Made by a program: the position numbers and the translations under genes
The notes under the pieces: model-generated
Database searches by the model: none
What the model was told of the DNA's origin: nothing
The model's input: the letters and a program-made list of their open reading frames with translations, nothing else
Shown here: positions 1-8,167 of the stretch, in pieces
Layout: each line of letters begins with the position of its first letter
Numbering within the stretch: position 1 is the first letter of the stretch
Source: Candidatus Hermodarchaeota archaeon
GTDB lineage: Archaea; Asgardarchaeota; Thorarchaeia; Thorarchaeales; Thorarchaeaceae
NCBI GenBank assembly: GCA_048885865.1
Contig: JBHLLF010000044.1
Location: forward strand, 1 to 21,130
DNA length: 21,130 nucleotides
Reading direction: 5' to 3'

Positions 1-945
1 AGAAGGGGATGCGTTGCGATAATAAGTCAAAGTGGAGGCTGGCTTGTAGAGAGACTTGAGGAATTCGCGGCTCGAGATGTAGGAATTGGGGCGGCCATTT
101 CAATAGGCAATCAAGCTCAAACAAATGTTACTGACTTTGTTAGACACTTTGGGGAAGATCCGAAAATTCATGTTATCCTGGCTTATATCGAAGGATTTGG
201 CAAGGATGAAGGTAGGGCATTTGTCAAAACCTGCTCGAAGATTGCTCCAAAGAAGCCTGTAATTGTTTTGAAGGGCGGTGAGTCCGAAGCAGGCCATCGA
301 GCCACTCAGAGTCATACATCCTCACTTGCAGGAGACAGTGCAATTGCAGAAGCTGCCTTTGAGCAATATGGCGTGATTCATGCGATTGACGAAGACGAGG
401 TAATGGCATATTCGAAGGTGTTCTCGACTAGGCCAAAACCAATGCCAGGGAGAGGCATTGGAACAATGACCGTGAGCGGAGGTCACGGAGTAATAGCTAG
501 TGACGAGGCTGCTCATTACGGTCTGGAATTTCCAGCATTTACAAAAGAGCAACAGGAGAAAATGAGAAGCGTCATGACACCTGCATATCAGGGGATTGCC
601 TCATTTAGAAATCCTATCGACCTCACTGGTAGTGCTGCAGATGTTGATTATGAGCGCGTTTTGGATGTAATGCTAACCTTCGACTCTATTGATGCCGCAC
701 TGCTGCTGCTGCTTCCTTATGCGCCCGGAATATCTCTTCAGATAGGTGCCAGAGTCGCAAATGTAGCTAAGAAACATGCGAAGACTGTGGTCTCATATGT
801 GCCAAACTTGGATAAGTATGAGGTCATTATTCGGGGCTTCGAGCTGAACGGAATTCCCGTGGCGGATACGATCGAGGAAGCGGTACAAATGCTAAATGGA
901 ATTCGGAAACGCTCTAAATATCTGAAAAGGATTGGAGCGCTCTAG
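1..945 (+). CDS. ADP-forming acetate/acyl-CoA ligase (ACD) alpha subunit-like protein, 5'-truncated by the window edge
   Basis: Frame 1 is open from base 1 (RRGCVAIISQSGGW...SIGNQA...AYIEGF...KKPVIVLKGGESEAG). It carries the ACD/succinyl-CoA ligase-family motifs SQSG, SIGN and YIEG, the phospho-His motif SHTSSLAG, and NPIDLTG. The ORF-track start at 268 is internal. Confidence 0.88.
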   Translation, partial: RRGCVAIISQSGGWLVERLEEFAARDVGIGAAISIGNQAQTNVTDFVRHFGEDPKIHVILAYIEGFGKDEGRAFVKTCSKIAPKKPVIVLKGGESEAGHRATQSHTSSLAGDSAIAEAAFEQYGVIHAIDEDEVMAYSKVFSTRPKPMPGRGIGTMTVSGGHGVIASDEAAHYGLEFPAFTKEQQEKMRSVMTPAYQGIASFRNPIDLTGSAADVDYERVLDVMLTFDSIDAALLLLLPYAPGISLQIGARVANVAKKHAKTVVSYVPNLDKYEVIIRGFELNGIPVADTIEEAVQMLNGIRKRSKYLKRIGAL

Positions 946-2066
946 CCAGCGATTTTTCGGTAATCTATGTCCAAGGATTTGAGAGCATCAATAAGTTGAC
1001 CGCTTAGAATCAGAGGTCTCTCGGCTAGATCATCGACTCCACTGCAGCCCGTAAGATACATTGCAACCTTGAGACCCTCTAGAATCCTTTCTACTTCAAC
1101 GACCACGTCAAGGACAGAGCCCATTGCCGCGGGTCTAAGTAGAGGATGAGCAACGCCAGCTGCCATAGCACCAAGAGAAAGAGACTTTGCCACATCGAGG
1201 CCATTTCGAATCCCTCCTGTAGCGATTACATCAAGCTCGGTCGCATCACGAACCATAATCACACTCAGTGCAGTTGGAATGCCCCAGTTCCAGAAGTCAA
1301 GTCCAAGCTGTGCTTTCAAATCATCATCTTCCTTGACAGCCCTGAAGTACTCGACCGCGGCCCAGCTGGTCCCTCCAACGCCTCCGACATCAATGGCGTC
1401 CACACCAACAGATTCTAGTGATTGAGCTACCTCGCCAGAGATTCCAGCGCCGGTTTCCTTCACAAGCACGGGGACATCGACAGAATCCACAATAGAAGCA
1501 ATATTCTCTAAGACTCCTTCTGAGTTTGAATCACCTTCAGGCTGAACTGCTTCTTGTAATGGATTGAGATGAATTGCGAGAATGTCCGCGTCAATCATCT
1601 CTACGGCATCAGGAGCCACATCAACATGAGTTGCGCCAATGTTTGCAATCACTGGGACAGAGGGGGCTGTCTCTCTGACAACTCGGAATGTATCGGCAAG
1701 TGAAGGGTCCTCAACTGCAGCCCGTTGACTTCCAACTCCAATGGGTATTCTGAGCTCTTCTGCAGCACCTGCAAGCTTCTTGTTGATATCATACGTCTTG
1801 GGGTGGCCGCCAGTCATGGCTGCAATGACAAGAGGAGCATGAGCCCTTAGTCCCAAGAAGTTCGTCGTGAGGTCAATCTTGTCCTTGTCTATCTCAGGCA
1901 ATGCATTATGGACTAAGTTAATGTGTTCAAACATTGTAGAACGACGGCATTGTACATCCTCATCAAGACATATCTCGATGTGCTCAATCTTCCTTCTTCG
2001 AGTCATAGAAGCTTCGGACAATTCATCCTCTAATATATCGTCTGCAACTGGCTCTCCTTTCACCAT
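942..2066 (-). CDS. fni: Type 2 (FMN-dependent) isopentenyl-diphosphate delta-isomerase
   Basis: Motifs RKIEHI, AMTGG, GVGSQR, NIGA, HLNPLQEAVQPEGD, VKETGAG, GGTSWAAVE, WGIPTA and TGGIRNGLD are all present. I placed the start at ATG 2066, which follows a GGGAG RBS-like sequence; the track start at 2132 is less likely. Confidence 0.95.
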   Translation of the reverse strand: MVKGEPVADDILEDELSEASMTRRRKIEHIEICLDEDVQCRRSTMFEHINLVHNALPEIDKDKIDLTTNFLGLRAHAPLVIAAMTGGHPKTYDINKKLAGAAEELRIPIGVGSQRAAVEDPSLADTFRVVRETAPSVPVIANIGATHVDVAPDAVEMIDADILAIHLNPLQEAVQPEGDSNSEGVLENIASIVDSVDVPVLVKETGAGISGEVAQSLESVGVDAIDVGGVGGTSWAAVEYFRAVKEDDDLKAQLGLDFWNWGIPTALSVIMVRDATELDVIATGGIRNGLDVAKSLSLGAMAAGVAHPLLRPAAMGSVLDVVVEVERILEGLKVAMYLTGCSGVDDLAERPLILSGQLIDALKSLDIDYRKIAG

Positions 2067-2201
2067 GGGGTTATCTCCCTGTAAACGGACTGTGTACAAG
2101 GATGTTGATAGCCATTTTGGTTGAGACCACATTCAATTACCTGCTGCTTGTATGCAAAGGTTTTATTCAAGGTCGCCAGGGTAGACATATTGGTGTAGAT
2201 C

Positions 2202-2741
2202 ATGGAAGACGAGTCGAGGTTCAGAGTTGAGTCTCCAGACGAGGAGGAAAAGGAGAAGATTGGACTCCTTAAACCGCTTCCTGAAACTATAGAGCCATCG
2301 GCAGCCCAGACAAGAAAAGCAGAACCAATTGTGAAATTGCTTGGGGTAAGTATGACTGAAAAGCGTAGAGACCGCTTTCTCATCATCTTGGTACCCATGC
2401 TTGCAGGGCTTATTGATGCCGCCATGTTTTCACAGATTATAGTGGCAAGACTTGAATCTACAGTACTAGTCACATTCGTCTTTCCATTGGTGGTTGCTAT
2501 ACCCATTGGTCTGGTGGTCGGAAGAACTAGTCAAACCATTTTTGCTGCATTGTTGGCGACCGTCTTTTTCGTGGTATTCTTTATGCTGTTCTTGGTCAGT
2601 CCTGCTTTAGTCTGGCCAGCACTCGACATTGGTCTGTTCTTACTAAACGGAGTAGTTGTAGCTGTAGTCTATATGCTATTGGTTGTATTTGGATCACTCT
2701 TCGGAGCACTCATAGGGACCCTAGTTCGCGAGTTCCTCTAA
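2202..2741 (+). CDS. Hypothetical integral membrane protein (about 4 TM helices, charged N-terminal extension)
   Basis: 179-aa ORF with a charged N-terminal region of about 58 aa followed by four long hydrophobic segments. It is divergent from fni. Confidence 0.8.
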   Translation: MEDESRFRVESPDEEEKEKIGLLKPLPETIEPSAAQTRKAEPIVKLLGVSMTEKRRDRFLIILVPMLAGLIDAAMFSQIIVARLESTVLVTFVFPLVVAIPIGLVVGRTSQTIFAALLATVFFVVFFMLFLVSPALVWPALDIGLFLLNGVVVAVVYMLLVVFGSLFGALIGTLVREFL

Positions 2742-2744
2742 AAT

Positions 2745-3203
2745 CTAGAAATCACTCTCAGCAAGATAGCTCCAACCAGATTTAACCATCTTTTGCTTAT
2801 CTTTTTGCCATGAGTCGTATCCTTCATCACGGATCTTCCGCAATGATGGCAATGCCCATGATTGAGTCTTTAGCTCTGAACAAGTTTCCATCCGAATACA
2901 GTCAAGGCATGTCCTGTAGCCTCTATCAATCGAGCACGCTCTTACTTTGCAGTCTAGGATTCCTCCCCCCTTTCGACAACCTTCGCAGCCTTCAAAATCA
3001 TCCTTTGCTGCATCAAGCAACCTCTCAAACCTTTCAAGATGCACTTGGGCTGGCTTCTCTTCACCGATCTCTGCTGGACGGGATTTGGATGCAGTAATCG
3101 CGCTCCGAAGATCATCAATACCATGGGCGGCTTTACTTTGGTGCATATCACAGCCTGGACAATAGAGACCGCAGTAGGAAGTCAGGTCATAAGAGTCAGG
3201 CAT
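2745..3203 (-). CDS. DUF3795-like cysteine-rich (putative metal-binding) protein
   Basis: The pattern YCGLYCPGC ... CEGCR ... CKVRAC ... TCLDC ... C matches the DUF3795 Cys layout. ATG 3203 follows an AGGTGA RBS; GTG 3212 is an alternative start. Confidence 0.8.
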   Translation of the reverse strand: MPDSYDLTSYCGLYCPGCDMHQSKAAHGIDDLRSAITASKSRPAEIGEEKPAQVHLERFERLLDAAKDDFEGCEGCRKGGGILDCKVRACSIDRGYRTCLDCIRMETCSELKTQSWALPSLRKIRDEGYDSWQKDKQKMVKSGWSYLAESDF

Positions 3204-3353
3204 GCTACTCACCTAGGCAGTATATAGACGTCAGTTCAAGATAAACCTTCTAGACTCATGTGTTCCGACCGTTGCCTTCTTAGCACAGTATTATTAACAG
3301 CTTCATCCAACACAACCTGGACATTTCAGGCAGGTATTCGGAGGCTTGTTGCC

Positions 3354-4061
3354 ATGACGATAGCGATCGTCAAGTTTCCTGGGACAAATAGCGAGAAAGA
3401 CGTTCTTCGAGCGCTTTCATTGATTCCAGGTGCAAATCCATTTGTAGCCTCAAGCCACAAAGGACCAGAAGTACTACAAAAGGCAGATGCTATAGTGATC
3501 CCAAGCGGAGCCTCAATTGATGAGTATGTCAGTGTAGGGGCTGAGAAGTGGATTGACAATGTAGAAGACACAATTCAGGACATTGCAGAATCAGGCAAGT
3601 CAATCTTGGGAATTGGGAATGGCGTGCAGATGTTGACAAGATTTGGTTTGCTTCCAGGTCAGCTTCGTCTGAATCAGAATGGGAGATTCATCTGTAGATG
3701 GGTATATCTTAGGGTGTGTGAGGCTCCCACTATTTTCACTGAAGGTCTTGAAGGACTAGTGATTCGAATTCCAGTTGCACACTCTCACGGGAGATTCCAT
3801 TTCAAGAAGAAGGAGCTCGAGAGAATGAATGAAACCGGAGGAGTCGTGTTCAGATACTGCAATCAAGAGGGAGAAATTGTACCTGAAGCCAATCCAAATG
3901 GATCAATAGAAAATATTGCAGGAGTGAAAAATGACAGCGGAAATGTATTAGGAATTATCCCTCACCCGGAGAGGGCAACTAGAGATGAACTAACATCTTG
4001 TGACGGTCTGATTCTTCTAGAGAGCTTTGTTCGGTCTATAAAGGCAAGGAGTCCTTCATGA
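3354..4061 (+). CDS. purQ: PurQ-like (FGAM synthase glutaminase subunit) homolog lacking the catalytic Cys
   Basis: FPGTN, GLLPG, FIC, IPVAH, VVFRY, NPNGS, IAGV, GNVLG and PHPERA are all PurQ motifs. The nucleophile motif reads GIGNG rather than GICNG. ATG 3354 follows GGAGG, and the stop overlaps the purL-like ATG (ATGA). Confidence 0.88.
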   Translation: MTIAIVKFPGTNSEKDVLRALSLIPGANPFVASSHKGPEVLQKADAIVIPSGASIDEYVSVGAEKWIDNVEDTIQDIAESGKSILGIGNGVQMLTRFGLLPGQLRLNQNGRFICRWVYLRVCEAPTIFTEGLEGLVIRIPVAHSHGRFHFKKKELERMNETGGVVFRYCNQEGEIVPEANPNGSIENIAGVKNDSGNVLGIIPHPERATRDELTSCDGLILLESFVRSIKARSPS

Positions 4062-6205
4062 TATCCAAGCAGGAAAGGGAGCAGCTAGCGTTGGCATTAG
4101 GACGAGAGCCAACAGAAACCGAATTGGAAGTAGTTTCAATCCTTTGGTCCGAACGGAGGAGTTACAAAAGCAGCAAGCGTTGGTTCAAGGAGTTCAAGAC
4201 GGAGGGTGACAATGTCGTATTGGGGCTGGGCAAAGGAGCAGGAATTGTCAACCTCGGAGATGACGTGTTTCTTGGTGTTGCAATGGAATCCAATAATCAT
4301 CCGACACAGGCAAATCCGTATATTGGATCTGCATTAGGAATTGCTGGCGTCATCAGTGATGTGATTGCACATGGCTGCAAGCCAATTGCGCTATTGAATT
4401 GTCTTAGATTTGGAGAACCTAGCATCCTGGAGAATGCCAATGCGCTAAAAGAAGCGGTAAGAGGAATTTCACAATTCGCTAATAACATAGGGATCCCTAT
4501 GGTCGGTGGGGACACTGAGTTTGATGAATCATTTGGGAATAACAGTGTTTTGAATGTGGTCTGTGTTGGAATAACGAGTCCAAGCAGTATGGTTATGAGT
4601 CGAGCTTCAACCCCTGGCCATCATCTTGTGCTTTTTGGCGCAAATACTGGAAGAGACCGCCTTATTGATTATAATGGATCATCAGGCAAAGCAGGAGCAG
4701 CAGTTCCGGGGAATCCTCTCGCTGAACGAATAGTCATTGATTCACTTGATCAGCTTGTTGATGGGAAGCTTCTGGTCGGGCTTGAGGATGTTGGTGGAGG
4801 CGGATTGGTACTTGCAGGAGCGAAACTTGCTGCAAGAGGGGATACCGGCGTTGATCTTCATGCTGACAGGGTCCCAATCGATGATGAAGATATGAGCACA
4901 GTCGAAATCATCACATCCGATTCGCAGAATCGAATGCTTGCTGTGGTTGCTCCTGAGAGTTTGGAGAGAGTCCTATCAATACTTGGCTCCTACGATACAC
5001 CTCACGCGGTAATCGGTCAGGTGACTGACAAAGGACTCTACAATGTTTATCACCATGGGGAATTGAAAGCAAGCCTACCAGCAGTTCTATTGACTAGCGG
5101 ATTCCCCGAACCAGATAGATTTGAGGAGTATCTTCCCGAGAGGACTGCATCTATCAGTTGGTTAGTAAAGCCAGAGGACCAAGCACAGATGCTGCTATTG
5201 ATGCTTTCCTCACCAAACATTGCTGACAGGTCGTGGATTTATAGTCAGTTCGACCAGCACATTCAAGCGAACACAATTGTTGACATAGGAGACAACTCGG
5301 GCGTTATCGAACTTCCTAAGGGGAAGAGAATTGCATTAACCACATCATCAAACTCCTTCTGGAGCTCTTTACACCCCCAGATTGGAGCGGCGAATTCTGC
5401 TACTCTTGCCCTAAGGAATCTGGTAGCATCAGGTGCAAAGCCCATCCTAATAGCGGATTGCATAAACTTTGGTAATCCCGAACGTCCTGAATCGTATGCG
5501 GAATTTGTTGAAGCAGTAAAGGGCATAGGTAGCTTCTCGCACGATTTTGACATTCCAGTTATAACTGGTGGAGTTTCTCCCTACAACGAAAGGGTGATAG
5601 ACGGCAAGCCCAAGAGGATTCATCTTACTCCTCAGATAATGATGGCAGGGGTCCTATTGCAAGGACATCTTCCTACCAGGAGAAGACTTTGTACGCCGTG
5701 GGCCAACATCTTTCTTGTTGGCGAAACACATCGAGAATTGAATGGATCTGAACTACAACGAATCCAACTGGGGAAGGTTCAGGGACTTCCACCCGGATAT
5801 CAGCCCGCTGCCGAGAAGTCCGCTATGGAAGCCGTGCTAGCTGCATTTGCAAAAGGGCTTGTGCGATCATGCAACGATATTGGACGAGGCGGCTTGGCTA
5901 TCGGTTTGATGAAGATGGCTCTTCGAGGAGATTTGGGATTCAGACTCGATCTCAGGGACGTTCCTGGATCCGCGAAAGGACTAACTGAGATTCTCTATTC
6001 AGAAACATCCGCTAGATATCTTGTTGAAGTGACTGAAACAAATCAGGATGAATTCTTACGCACAGTTGAGAAGCATGGAGTTGCAGCGACTGAGTTGGGT
6101 TTGACCTTGAATGAACCCAAAGCCAATTTCGGCTCTTTTAGCATCAATTTGAAAGAAGCCAGAGAAGCATACATGAGTGGGATAGCGAGGATTCTGGACA
6201 AGTAA
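4058..6205 (+). CDS. purL: PurL-like (small-type FGAM synthase synthetase subunit) homolog with a degenerate active site
   Basis: 715 aa with the two-repeat PurM-like layout: LGREP, WSExxSYKSS, ESxNHP, LRFG, VGG, TGRD, DxGGGGL, SDSQNRM, WIYSQFD, GAKP, DCINFGNPE, VSPYNE, GGL and SET. The catalytic His motifs are altered (SERRS, SNNHP). Confidence 0.88.
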   Translation: MISKQEREQLALALGREPTETELEVVSILWSERRSYKSSKRWFKEFKTEGDNVVLGLGKGAGIVNLGDDVFLGVAMESNNHPTQANPYIGSALGIAGVISDVIAHGCKPIALLNCLRFGEPSILENANALKEAVRGISQFANNIGIPMVGGDTEFDESFGNNSVLNVVCVGITSPSSMVMSRASTPGHHLVLFGANTGRDRLIDYNGSSGKAGAAVPGNPLAERIVIDSLDQLVDGKLLVGLEDVGGGGLVLAGAKLAARGDTGVDLHADRVPIDDEDMSTVEIITSDSQNRMLAVVAPESLERVLSILGSYDTPHAVIGQVTDKGLYNVYHHGELKASLPAVLLTSGFPEPDRFEEYLPERTASISWLVKPEDQAQMLLLMLSSPNIADRSWIYSQFDQHIQANTIVDIGDNSGVIELPKGKRIALTTSSNSFWSSLHPQIGAANSATLALRNLVASGAKPILIADCINFGNPERPESYAEFVEAVKGIGSFSHDFDIPVITGGVSPYNERVIDGKPKRIHLTPQIMMAGVLLQGHLPTRRRLCTPWANIFLVGETHRELNGSELQRIQLGKVQGLPPGYQPAAEKSAMEAVLAAFAKGLVRSCNDIGRGGLAIGLMKMALRGDLGFRLDLRDVPGSAKGLTEILYSETSARYLVEVTETNQDEFLRTVEKHGVAATELGLTLNEPKANFGSFSINLKEAREAYMSGIARILDK

Positions 6206-6284
6206 TTCGCAAGATTAGCTGGCTGAGATATTATATCGCTTAGATAATAAGGCCGCTTAGAACTGTTCAAGTCGTGCATCATCC

Positions 6285-7433
6285 ATGAGCGGGAAGTTAG
6301 TTTATCCATATACAGATGCGCTTCTGCAATACGAATTTAGAGATGACCACCCTTTGAAGCCTGATCGGTTATCCTTGACTTACGAATTGTCGAAGGAGCT
6401 TGGTCTACTCAAACATGTCGACCAAATTGAACCGTCAATGCCCAAAAGAGAAGACCTTGAAACATTTCACAGTCCCCAATACATCGACGCAGTGATTGAG
6501 AGCGGTGACACCTTGACATCAATGCCGAGCTATGGACTTGGAACGATGGATAATCCTGTCTTCCCGAATTTGTATGATGCTGCAGCGAGATACGTTGGAG
6601 CCACTCTGGATGCAATGAAAGCAATGATAAATGGGGCGCCTAAGGCATTCGTCATCTCCGGAGGACTACATCATGCGCATGAAAGCATGGCGTCAGGCTT
6701 CTGCGTCTTTAACGATGTTGTAATTGCGATTAAGCATTTTCAGAAGACAAAGCCAGCGAAGGTCTTATACCTGGACATTGACGCTCACCATGGCGATGGA
6801 GTACAAAACGCCTTTTTTGGGTCGAAGGATGTATTGACAATCTCAGTTCACCAACACGGGCAGACGCTGTTTCCTGGCACAGGATTCACTCATGAGAATG
6901 GAAGCGGGGAAGGAGTAGGCTATTCAGTTAATATCCCCGTGTTGCCCGGAGCAGGAAGTGAAGAACTAATCCAAACATTCGACGAGGTTGTTGTTCCACT
7001 TTTTGAAGCATTTCAGCCAAATCTCCTGGTCACGCAACTAGGAGTGGATGGCCACTTTTTGGATCCACTGGCGCAGCTTAGCTACTCCACCAAGGGCTAC
7101 GAGCATGTCCTCAGGAATTTGAAAAAGATGGCAGAGAAGACTTGCAGTGATGGATGGCTCGCTGTTGGAGGGGGCGGATATCATCCTGTCAATGTCGCTC
7201 GCCTCTGGTCATTGTTCCTATCGGTCATATTAGACAAGAAGATACCTTCAGAGATGCCAGAATCATTCATACAACTCTGCCATGAAAAGGGATATGCAAA
7301 ATTCCCCATGAATATGAGAGACGAAGATAATGTAGTCCAGATCTATCTTCCAATAGAGCAAATCAGACTTGATCTTGATAGAGTTCTCCGACAGGTCAGA
7401 GAGAAAGTGTTTCCTTGGCATGGTCTCTCGTGA
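6285..7433 (+). CDS. acuC: Zn-dependent deacetylase, AcuC / class I histone deacetylase family
   Basis: HPLKPDR, GGLHHA, SGFCVFND, YLDIDAHHGDGVQ, LFPGTG, QLGVD...DPLA and GGGGY are present, so the catalytic and Zn-binding residues look intact. Confidence 0.92.
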   Translation: MSGKLVYPYTDALLQYEFRDDHPLKPDRLSLTYELSKELGLLKHVDQIEPSMPKREDLETFHSPQYIDAVIESGDTLTSMPSYGLGTMDNPVFPNLYDAAARYVGATLDAMKAMINGAPKAFVISGGLHHAHESMASGFCVFNDVVIAIKHFQKTKPAKVLYLDIDAHHGDGVQNAFFGSKDVLTISVHQHGQTLFPGTGFTHENGSGEGVGYSVNIPVLPGAGSEELIQTFDEVVVPLFEAFQPNLLVTQLGVDGHFLDPLAQLSYSTKGYEHVLRNLKKMAEKTCSDGWLAVGGGGYHPVNVARLWSLFLSVILDKKIPSEMPESFIQLCHEKGYAKFPMNMRDEDNVVQIYLPIEQIRLDLDRVLRQVREKVFPWHGLS

Positions 7434-7434
7434 G

Positions 7435-8055
7435 TCATTCTTCATACTCGAGACTAATATCTATCCACTCTCGCACCATTCTAGTAACCATATCGGATGC
7501 TGCTGCGATGATCAGAGCATCAGCATCCTCGGAAAGCAATGAGGACGGGTCAACGCCTGAACGAGCCATACGTAGGAGTGATGGATAGCAAAGAAAGCCC
7601 AAGGCTTCCACTATCTCCATCGCATCAGCACCTGTGACCTGCAGACGGCCCCGCAATAGGTCAGGGGGTGATATTCTTGCGTCGCTGTCAAGCAAGTCAA
7701 CAAGGGTTTCAAAGTCTGATGTAATTAGAACATCTGGCTCAATGCACTCATCATATACTTTTGTCAATCCTCCATCAAACACAATGGAGTATTCATCATC
7801 TGTATCAGAGGTTTTGAAGCAAAAGGAGATGTTAGCGAACGAGTTTGCACTAGAATTCATGAAATCTTCAAATTCATCCTCAGACATATTGTGAAGCTGT
7901 CTTGCCTTCTCAACACTCACACCTAGAGCTGATCTGCATCCATCTACGATAGGACCCAGATATTCCATCAACATGAATCGGTCTGCATTGATGTCAGATG
8001 ATATTTGATTTAGGCTCCGTCCAATGCTTCTTGGCCTTTCTTCTTTCTCAGTCAA
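7435..8055 (-). CDS. Hypothetical protein with a central SCP2 (sterol carrier protein 2)-like lipid-binding domain
   Basis: The segment ISFCFKT...YSIVFDGGLTKVY...PDVLITSDFETLVDLL...PPDLLRGRLQVTG resembles the SCP2 pattern. The start is uncertain: I prefer TTG 8055 (MTEKEERPRS...), and ATG 7974 is an alternative. The track start at 8169 runs into the divergent gene. Confidence 0.6.
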   Translation of the reverse strand: MTEKEERPRSIGRSLNQISSDINADRFMLMEYLGPIVDGCRSALGVSVEKARQLHNMSEDEFEDFMNSSANSFANISFCFKTSDTDDEYSIVFDGGLTKVYDECIEPDVLITSDFETLVDLLDSDARISPPDLLRGRLQVTGADAMEIVEALGFLCYPSLLRMARSGVDPSSLLSEDADALIIAAASDMVTRMVREWIDISLEYEE

Positions 8056-8167
8056 CTGACTCGAGAGAAATGTAGGGTTCTTCCTTTTAGAGATGATGAT
8101 AAGCTCCCAACAAATAATAAAACTCAATCCAAGTAGTAAAAAGATGCGCCAGAAGAGGTTGCACTTC

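Noticed and set aside
2060-2506. 148-aa minus-strand ORF and similar antisense ORFs (for example 12364-12735, 12937-13350, 14823-15269, 15191-15520, 20057-20368)
   Set aside because: These are shadow ORFs opposite confidently assigned genes, with Ser-rich or atypical composition and no motifs.
3258-3353. ORF-track N-terminal extension of the PurQ-like protein
   Set aside because: PurQ homology begins at MTIAIVKFPG (ATG 3354), which has a GGAGG RBS.
3354-6205. Calling purQ/purL an ordinary purine-biosynthesis operon, or plain pseudogenes
   Set aside because: Catalytic residues are missing in both genes and purS is absent, so routine annotation is unsafe. The frames are intact, coupled and keep structural motifs, so there is no direct sign of pseudogenisation either.
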